A DNA stretch of 38,163 nucleotides from a virus. The notes beneath the pieces are model-generated. The model had not been told where the DNA came from and ran no database searches. It saw only the letters and a program-made list of their open reading frames with translations. The stretch is taken from positions 1-38,163 of the IMG/VR virus record IMGVR_UViG_3300038410_000117. The stretch is one strand, 5' to 3'. Both the position numbers and the translations under genes were made by a program. Shown here one piece after another: positions 32,606-38,163 of the stretch (the stretch's first letter is position 1; each line of letters opens with the position of its first letter).

Positions 32606-33600
32606 TCGCTCCCCTCTCCGGCGCGGTGGCGCCATGATGGCCAGTTATTCTCCTTTACGTGCTGGCGCCATGTCTCAATGTCGCCTAGGTGTCGCTTCCA
32701 TGCTTCGCGCTCCTCTGGCGTCAACGTATCATCGGCTAGGACTCCGGTATCATCCGGCGCCGTCCCGTTGATCGGTAGAATCGACTTGATATGACCGTCC
32801 TTATCGAATTCTGTGCGCATAGACGGGCCGCGTTCGTACTTACTGCCCAAGTATTCCGACAGACCGTAGCCGTAGCCTCCAGTAAAACTGCGGTACGTAT
32901 AGCCGTCGATAGGTTTGCTACGCTGCTTTAGCTTGTGCGGCATACACTCGAATAGAATGTTTTCAGGAACGGATGACACCTTGACCCAATGACGTAGCCA
33001 AACGTAGCTTATCGCATTGCGCAGAATAGTCTCGGTCGACGCGAATATAGTTATTTTGCCTCCTCCCTCAAGCGGAATCCGAGTGTATACGATGGGATTC
33101 CCAGAACGCATGAGATACAGGCGTCCGCTATGAACCGCAGCAATCGCGCTCGGGCCATCCGTATCCTGCAAGAACTTCGGCAGCATGTTTGGGCCGTACG
33201 ATTCGACGAATGACGCGACTAGCTCCGAATCGACGCCGCTAGGCTTCTTAATGCTCCACGTCTTCCGAAGGGACTTCATGTCGAAAAAGAATCCGTTATG
33301 AACGCTCACGGTGTCGCCGCGTTTGAACGGTTGAGCCTGTGCATCGTCCCTGCCTCCGCACGTAGGCTGGCGCGTATGTCCTAGCGCGATGCTAGGATTA
33401 TGCTCGAACGCGTTAAAGAATTCCGATGTCTCGGTAAGGCTCATCGGACGAATCGCCCGTTTGACCACTATGCCATTGACGTAAACTCCTGCACTTTGAG
33501 ATCCGCGCTCCTCCCCATAGAACAGTAACCCTTCCATCAGGCGCCTAGCCGCTTGTCGCTCGATTGGTACAGACGAAATGAAGCCTGAGATGCTACACAT
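32602..33600 (-). CDS. Class II (Ntn, N-terminal Cys) glutamine amidotransferase-like protein with a C-terminal extension of about 110 aa
   Basis: MCSISGF start, GHTRQPTCGG....AQPF, VHNGFFFDMKSL are the hallmark GATase-2 motifs. Confidence 0.8.
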   Translation of the reverse strand: MCSISGFISSVPIERQAARRLMEGLLFYGEERGSQSAGVYVNGIVVKRAIRPMSLTETSEFFNAFEHNPSIALGHTRQPTCGGRDDAQAQPFKRGDTVSVHNGFFFDMKSLRKTWSIKKPSGVDSELVASFVESYGPNMLPKFLQDTDGPSAIAAVHSGRLYLMRSGNPIVYTRIPLEGGGKITIFASTETILRNAISYVWLRHWVKVSSVPENILFECMPHKLKQRSKPIDGYTYRSFTGGYGYGLSEYLGSKYERGPSMRTEFDKDGHIKSILPINGTAPDDTGVLADDTLTPEEREAWKRHLGDIETWRQHVKENNWPSWRHRAGEGSE

Positions 33601-34918
33601 ATAGCGTTTTCCTTTCGCTTTTGGGCCGCTTGTGCATATTCAAGTAGCCCGTGCCGTGTCGCTTCGCGCGTTTCACGAAGTACTTTCGCAGAGACATTGG
33701 CGCCTTGACTTGCTGGAATAGGAATATCAAGCGCTCTCTGTCTGTCATTTGATACACCACCGCTCGCCGTTCTGACGTGCATTGGATCGCCTGAAACGTC
33801 TCGAAAAACGAAAGCATGAGCCTTGCCCATGCTGCCACCTTGACGGTTGAAACTGTACCCTGATGCAACCGAATTTCGTACGTTTTGAACTTGTGGAACG
33901 CTGCGACGTTCAACGATCGGTACCGGTCGTTTTGCCAATCGGCTAGATTGCTGATCCCGTCCACGCTACGGGCATAGTTGTTGTCGCGTCTGCGTGGCGT
34001 TACTACTCCGAAAAAGACTCGCTCAAGCGCTTGCCACCACCGTGCTATGTTCTCGCGCTGCCTGGCACTCATGTCGGAAACGTCAACGTGCATATGGAAT
34101 CCACATGAATCATTTGCATACGCATTAGCTCGCCTCAAACTGTAGCAAACCTTTCGGATCATGGCCAAGGCGGCATCTCCACGAGCCGGGAAGCTAGAAA
34201 ACTCGTAAGGCGTTCCCCTGTTTCCGCGAATACTCATATCATCGTGAATTCTGCCGTATCGCGCCACATCGGGGCACCTGTCTGCCAAAAACTCAAGTTC
34301 TATTCCGAACGGCCGCTTGATTGGAATGATATCGTATGTTGTGGAATCAACCGACGGCGGAGTAGACCGAGCTGCTTCCGCATAGCATGATTCACAATAC
34401 CTCCGGTTGGAAAGTTCCAGAGTACTGTCAGGATCGAAGTAACTGCCGCAGCGATAACATTCGGCGAATTGCTCATGGAAGCATGATTCGCAGTAGATTC
34501 TACCACATTGCGCGGCTTCGTGGAACGTCTCATGCGGATTAATTCGCATGTCTGGCGCGTGGACATCGTGACCGCATGCAACGCATGGCAATACTTGCGA
34601 ATCGTAGCAATCGGTGCATATCCTGACGTTAAGCAAGGATGGGCTAGGGCCATAGTAGGGGCGCGACTGCATTCGATGCCAAAGCGCTGAGCCCAGAATT
34701 AGCCGCCAAGTCGTGTCACGTAGTCCACCGCAGCACGGGCAAGCGGCTTGATGTCTCGGTCCACAAGAAGCGCATAGGGTATACACACCACCGCCATCAT
34801 CGCTTGAGATACGATAGCGTGCTAAACGTTCCTGCGGAAAAGAATGGTCGCAGGCATCACATCGAACATGACTTGGAGGCACCGTATAGGTGTACGTTGT
34901 GAAATTGGGCACGATCAA
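33593..34918 (-). CDS. GS-like amidoligase (Amidoligase_2 type) fused to an N-terminal multi-zinc-ribbon region of about 190 aa
   Basis: FGIELEF, DDMSIRG...YEFSS, CGFHMHVD, RYRSLN, YEIRLHQGT match the amidoligase motif order. The N-terminus has at least 8 CxxC pairs. Confidence 0.75.
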   Translation of the reverse strand: MIVPNFTTYTYTVPPSHVRCDACDHSFPQERLARYRISSDDGGGVYTLCASCGPRHQAACPCCGGLRDTTWRLILGSALWHRMQSRPYYGPSPSLLNVRICTDCYDSQVLPCVACGHDVHAPDMRINPHETFHEAAQCGRIYCESCFHEQFAECYRCGSYFDPDSTLELSNRRYCESCYAEAARSTPPSVDSTTYDIIPIKRPFGIELEFLADRCPDVARYGRIHDDMSIRGNRGTPYEFSSFPARGDAALAMIRKVCYSLRRANAYANDSCGFHMHVDVSDMSARQRENIARWWQALERVFFGVVTPRRRDNNYARSVDGISNLADWQNDRYRSLNVAAFHKFKTYEIRLHQGTVSTVKVAAWARLMLSFFETFQAIQCTSERRAVVYQMTDRERLIFLFQQVKAPMSLRKYFVKRAKRHGTGYLNMHKRPKSERKTLYV

Positions 34919-35166
34919 GCCTCCTCGTAGAAGCTAGACCACAGAACATCGGAGGGAGAATCGGTAAGAGACTGCTTCCACCGCTCCGAACCGGCCGCGC
35001 AGTAGGAATGACGCACGATGCCGTCTGGATGTTCTGCCTTGATACCTGGAGAGAGTAGCCAAACAGGTACATTCATGGCGCGACGTGCCTCTAGCTGCTC
35101 GGCAAGCGACACGGGTTCAACGGGACGTTTGCAGACGTAGCACGTACCGCACGATGCGGTTGCCAT
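34915..35166 (-). CDS. Small zinc-binding protein (83 aa), first gene of the amidoligase cassette
   Basis: AGGAGG lies 8 nt upstream of the ATG. CGTCYVCKRP...HSYC. ATGA overlap with the amidoligase gene. Confidence 0.6.
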   Translation of the reverse strand: MATASCGTCYVCKRPVEPVSLAEQLEARRAMNVPVWLLSPGIKAEHPDGIVRHSYCAAGSERWKQSLTDSPSDVLWSSFYEEA

Positions 35167-35287
35167 AGGACATGCCTCCTATCGCGGGTCCACAGCATAG
35201 CCTTGCGGATTGTCGCAAGCGCTCAAGGGATAAACGATGCAAGTTCCGCGCCGCATGAAGGCATAGAGTAGTTCCACGAGCTATGTC

Positions 35288-35316
35288 ATTGTAACATAAC
35301 GCGTTCCTAGAATCAA
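35288..35316 (-). promoter_or_regulatory. Strong sigma70-like promoter TTGATT-17-TACAAT with an extended-10 TG
   Basis: -35 is rc of 35311-35316 and -10 is rc of 35288-35293, preceded by TGT. Gives a leader of about 115 nt to the ATG at 35166. Confidence 0.55.
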
Positions 35317-35351
35317 TGGGTCATTTGACCCAATTTCATGCACGCATGAAA
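35317..35351. promoter_or_regulatory. Two adjacent perfect palindromes abutting the -35: TGGGTCA-tt-TGACCCA (35317-35332) and TTTCATGC-ac-GCATGAAA (35334-35351)
   Basis: Read directly. This is operator-like geometry. Confidence 0.5.
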
Positions 35352-35779
35352 AGGCATTGTGCCACACCACGTTGCGCGAATTGCACCACGTCCCTAGGAG
35401 ACAGTCTAACCCGTTGCCGCACAGAGCGTTAGCTAAGTCCTTATTTCTCGCCGCCGCACTACTCTAGTAGGGGGGAGATGGTCGGACGACTAGCGGTAAG
35501 TTCCTAGCCGCATCCGTAGGCCTCTCGCGCGAGGAGATGACTCCGTCCACCAGCCCCCTAATGACCTGCCAGTCACACAACAGGTTAGCTCCTCCAAGGT
35601 ATGGAAATGGAACGCAGAGATCGGATACCCCCCCTAGGGGCTATCCCCCTGGGATGCAAAGAGATGTGTAATCCCCCCTGCGAGAATTTTGGTGGTGTTA
35701 GGATTCTCGGACTCCTGTGGGACCCGTGGAGGGGCGATCTGTGGTGGGGTGTGGTTGGGAGTCATCTTGGTGGTGATCT

Positions 35780-35995
35780 CTAGTTCTGGGGCTTCTCTGG
35801 TGGCTTCCTGGGCCTTCTGAGTTTGGGCTTGACTACGGGGATGATGGCGTTGGCTAGGCGAGCGGCATCTTGGAGGCGGCTATCTTCTAGCCAGCGACTA
35901 TACGGTTTGTCAGTGACGGCCTTGGTTGACAATGTGAAGTTGTAGGTGAAGGCTGCGGCTAGGGCGGAGAGCCAGGATTGGGGGCGGGTTTTCAT
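35780..35995 (-). CDS. Hypothetical protein (71 aa)
   Basis: Track ORF. The ATG lies 12 nt after the TAG (36010-36008) of the frameshift-corrected upstream gene. Confidence 0.5.
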   Translation of the reverse strand: MKTRPQSWLSALAAAFTYNFTLSTKAVTDKPYSRWLEDSRLQDAARLANAIIPVVKPKLRRPRKPPEKPQN

Positions 35996-36007
35996 CTCGG
36001 TGAGGGC

Positions 36008-36245
36008 CTAGCGGGCTTCTGGGGCGTACTCGTCGAGGTTCTGGGCGTCGTCGTAGATGAGCCCCCTTTCCCTCCCCCTCCGCACGCTCGGCGAGGGCGA
36101 GGAGTTCGGCGACCCGCTCCCTCATCGTGACAGGCGGAGACGTGAACATCTGACCGTGCTTCTCCGCCAGCCGGGCACCTTCAGCCCAGGCGTTCGCCAC
36201 GTCGCGGATCGCCGCCGCCAGCGACTTCTCGGGCGCGTCAGGCAT
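36008..36245 (-). pseudogene. Hypothetical protein gene that needs a +1 frame change at a G5 run (C5 on + at 36062-36066) to end at TAG 36010-36008
   Basis: Upstream frame reads MPDAPEKSLAAAIRDV...AERAEGEGKG. After the run, the GC3-rich frame reads LIYDDAQNLDEYAPEAR*, whereas the uninterrupted track ORF (to 35910) has AT-rich third positions. Confidence 0.5.
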
Positions 36246-36420
36246 CGGGGGACTCCCGGACTGGCGCATCTTCCCTGATAGCCTCCGCGATGTCGAGAAG
36301 CGCGTAAACCACAGCGCCGAGCACGTCCCTGACCACAATCCATCGTGCGGCCTGATTCGGTTCGCTCTCGACGCGGCTCATCGCCAGTACGGCTTTTAAT
36401 CTCATGCTAGGTTCGTCCAT
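36238..36420 (-). CDS. Hypothetical protein (60 aa)
   Basis: GGAAGGAGGAGGG lies upstream of the internal ATG (MDEPSMRLKAV...). Confidence 0.5.
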   Translation of the reverse strand: MDEPSMRLKAVLAMSRVESEPNQAARWIVVRDVLGAVVYALLDIAEAIREDAPVRESPDA

Positions 36421-36721
36421 CGCCCTCCTCCTTCCCGTCCACCACCGCCGAGAGGGCGGCGATCTCGTCTCCAAAGTCGAGGAACACGGTGCTCTCGGCG
36501 GCGATTAACCTGTCCCGCACCTTCCGCACCTGCTCCCGCTCGGGCTCCGTGAGGACGGAGGCGAGCCAGGAACGGAGGGTGGCCGACGACCCTCGCACCT
36601 TGTTCTCGTCGTCGTACGGCGGGTCGCTGTAGTAGAACTCGCGCCACCCGCATGCTTCGATGAAGCCGCATAGCAATTCCACCGCCTCCCGCAGCTCGGC
36701 CTTGCTCGGGGCGGAGGTCAC
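36407..36721 (-). CDS. Hypothetical protein (104 aa)
   Basis: ATGA overlap with the upstream gene. Confidence 0.55.
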   Translation of the reverse strand: MTSAPSKAELREAVELLCGFIEACGWREFYYSDPPYDDENKVRGSSATLRSWLASVLTEPEREQVRKVRDRLIAAESTVFLDFGDEIAALSAVVDGKEEGDGRT

Positions 36722-36963
36722 GATTCGCCCTCACGCTTTACGCCGTAGTGCCGCATAACCTGGCCTCCGGTGTGGAACCTCTTCTCGCGCAGCCGTTCGA
36801 TCTCCGCTCTCTGCTCGCGGATCAGCTTCCGGTCCTTCTTGACGCTCGTCGTCGTCTCGAATCCGTCCTCATCGCTTGACCAAAGCGACTTCCCGCTCTC
36901 GCGAATCACAAGTTTCATCACCTTCACCGACTCCTCTCGGAACTCGCGGGCCGATGTGAACAC
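36718..36963 (-). CDS. Hypothetical protein (81 aa)
   Basis: Track ORF with a charged coiled-coil segment (REQRAEIERLREK). Confidence 0.5.
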   Translation of the reverse strand: MFTSAREFREESVKVMKLVIRESGKSLWSSDEDGFETTTSVKKDRKLIREQRAEIERLREKRFHTGGQVMRHYGVKREGES

Positions 36964-36981
36964 AGCCAGAAGCCCCGCCTT

Positions 36982-37179
36982 CTACGTCGCCCCGTTGTAG
37001 ATTCGCACGGCGTACTCGCGTAGGCCGCCATTGTCCGTGTAGCCGCGAGTCGGTGCTGGAATGGCGGGACCGAACGTGACCTTCGCTTCGCGCGGCACGG
37101 TCACACGCAGTTCCCTGTCGCCCGCCAGCTTGATGATCAAGCATTTCGTTTCTGTCCTGGCCGCCTTCTTCGCTACCAT
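36982..37179 (-). CDS. Hypothetical protein (65 aa)
   Basis: GGAGG lies 5 nt upstream of the internal ATG (MVAKKAARTETKCLIIKL...). Confidence 0.5.
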   Translation of the reverse strand: MVAKKAARTETKCLIIKLAGDRELRVTVPREAKVTFGPAIPAPTRGYTDNGGLREYAVRIYNGAT

Positions 37180-37204
37180 CGAATCCTCCAGGGAGGGAGA
37201 CGCC

Positions 37205-37777
37205 ATGAGATTGCTAGCCTGTTTGTTCGCGCTTCTCCTACCGAAGTGCGCGCTCGCCGCCACACTCCTCTTCACCATTCCCTCTACCGGTCAGGATCGC
37301 TCCATGATCTGGGACCCGGACGCGGGAGATTCCGTGCTCCACGTCGACTGCACCGGGACGGCGGCGATTCACGACTCAATCCTCGTTCGCCTCTACGGCC
37401 AGCCGGTTACCGGCGGCGGATTCCGCGTGATCGACTCTCACTGGGCTGTCGACCGGTTCGGCGCGGCGGACAGCTTCGCAACGCCCTGGCCCGGCAACTT
37501 CTACGTCACGACGGCGAATCACGTCGGAGAATCCTGCGCCTCGGCCGTCGTCACGATTCTTCCGAGCGACCTCACGGCCGTCGAGCCGACCGCCGACTCC
37601 GATCCGATCGTTTCCTGTCGTCTCTTCAATGTTCGTGGCGCCCTCGTCGCGTGGCTCCCTCGCACAGCTTGGAGCGAGCGAATACTTCGCGTCGCTCTTC
37701 CGAGCGGCATCTACTGGATCAAAGCCATCACCGCATCACGTCACGCTCTCGTTCGCAGAATTCTTGTGCTTCGCTAG
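37205..37777 (+). CDS. Secreted protein (190 aa) with a T9SS/FlgD-Ig-like C-terminal domain, in opposite orientation to all neighbours
   Basis: Signal peptide MRLLACLFALLLPKCALA-AT. GGGAGGGAGA upstream. C-terminus is RLFNVRGALVAWLPRTAWSERILRVALPSGIYWIKAITASRHALVRRILVLR. Confidence 0.6.
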   Translation: MRLLACLFALLLPKCALAATLLFTIPSTGQDRSMIWDPDAGDSVLHVDCTGTAAIHDSILVRLYGQPVTGGGFRVIDSHWAVDRFGAADSFATPWPGNFYVTTANHVGESCASAVVTILPSDLTAVEPTADSDPIVSCRLFNVRGALVAWLPRTAWSERILRVALPSGIYWIKAITASRHALVRRILVLR

Positions 37778-38029
37778 CTCCTCCTTGCTCATTGCGGCCT
37801 TCACGAGTTCCGCCAGCATGAGGATCAGCGACTCGGTCGCTGTTGCTCGAAATGCCGTCGGCCCACCGCCGGGGGCGCGACCGCGCACGGCTTGCACGGC
37901 GGCCGAGACACGGCGCGACGCCTCATGCAGTTCCTCCTGGGTCAAGTCTTCCGAGAGCATGAATGCCGCCTGATTCAGCGTCATCTTGCCCGCTTCGAAG
38001 AGATCGAACTGGCGCTTAGTAGTTGCCAT
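37736..38029 (-). CDS. Hypothetical protein (97 aa)
   Basis: Track ORF. Its start overlaps the stop of the junction-spanning gene by 14 nt. Its 3' end overlaps the convergent + gene by 42 nt. Confidence 0.5.
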   Translation of the reverse strand: MATTKRQFDLFEAGKMTLNQAAFMLSEDLTQEELHEASRRVSAAVQAVRGRAPGGGPTAFRATATESLILMLAELVKAAMSKEELAKHKNSANESVT

Positions 38030-38163
38030 CGGGATGACCGGACCAGATCAGCGTCTCGTCAATCGACTTGATCTCCCGGTACCGAGGCCCTCCAAGGAAG
38101 TATCGGAGGCCATCCCAACCGCACTTGATGAGCAGACGCCCGTCCGGCCACTTCATGTACGGT
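38016..38163 (-). CDS. 3' portion of the junction-spanning gene (same gene as 1-252), shown again because of the terminal repeat
   Basis: Stop TAA at 38018-38016. 38037-38163 duplicates 1-127. Confidence 0.5.
   Translation of the reverse strand, partial: PYMKWPDGRLLIKCGWDGLRYFLGGPRYREIKSIDETLIWSGHPDGNY
38037..38163. repeat. Second copy of the 127-bp terminal repeat
   Basis: Identical to 1-127. Confidence 0.95.

Noticed and set aside
35601-35783. 60-aa + strand ORF (W/G-rich) and a 43-aa minus-strand ORF (ATG at 35765) in the untranslated region upstream of the amidoligase cassette.
   Set aside because: Neither has a credible Shine-Dalgarno, and their composition is driven by the C and G homopolymer runs. 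They are kept only as a remote possibility.

Overview
This 38,163-nt window closes on itself: bases 1-127 are repeated exactly at 38037-38163, so the unique genome is 38,036 bp. The gene content is that of a tailed dsDNA phage with a podovirus-like layout; I recognised no tape-measure, tail-tube or sheath genes. A rightward operon (3431-27009, + strand) encodes small and large terminase, portal, scaffold, an HK97-like major capsid protein, a beta-helix tailspike, a tail fibre, adaptor and nozzle-type proteins, large internal virion proteins and a lysis cassette. It ends at a strong bidirectional hairpin (27016-27049). The minus strand (27055-38036, continuing through 1-3334) carries early and accessory genes: RHH and HTH regulators, an HNH-like protein, a DEDDh exonuclease, a DUF1064-like nuclease, a Zn-ribbon annealing-type protein, a lipoprotein and six canonical tRNAs at three positions (single genes at 1824 and 27055, a four-gene array at 31018-31362). 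Six things look most unusual. (1) A complete tRNA cloverleaf is encoded in circularly permuted order, 3' half then 6-nt linker then 5' half, split at the anticodon loop (2085-2154). (2) A 106-nt patchwork at 2552-2657 is built from three exact 28-40-nt copies of other loci in this genome and interrupts a gene; removing it restores the frame. (3) A lower-GC island (about 32.25-35.8 kb) carries a Zn-ribbon-rich GS-like amidoligase plus a class II (N-terminal Cys) amidotransferase-like gene, behind its own operator-flanked promoter and a roughly 430-nt untranslated C/G-run region. (4) An oppositely oriented secreted protein has a T9SS-like C-terminal domain. (5) Three 19-21-bp direct repeats lie at a small regulator gene. 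(6) Three promoter-like elements predict leaderless mRNAs. All functional calls come from motif recognition by eye. No database search, tRNA-finding or RNA-folding program, or GC computation was run.
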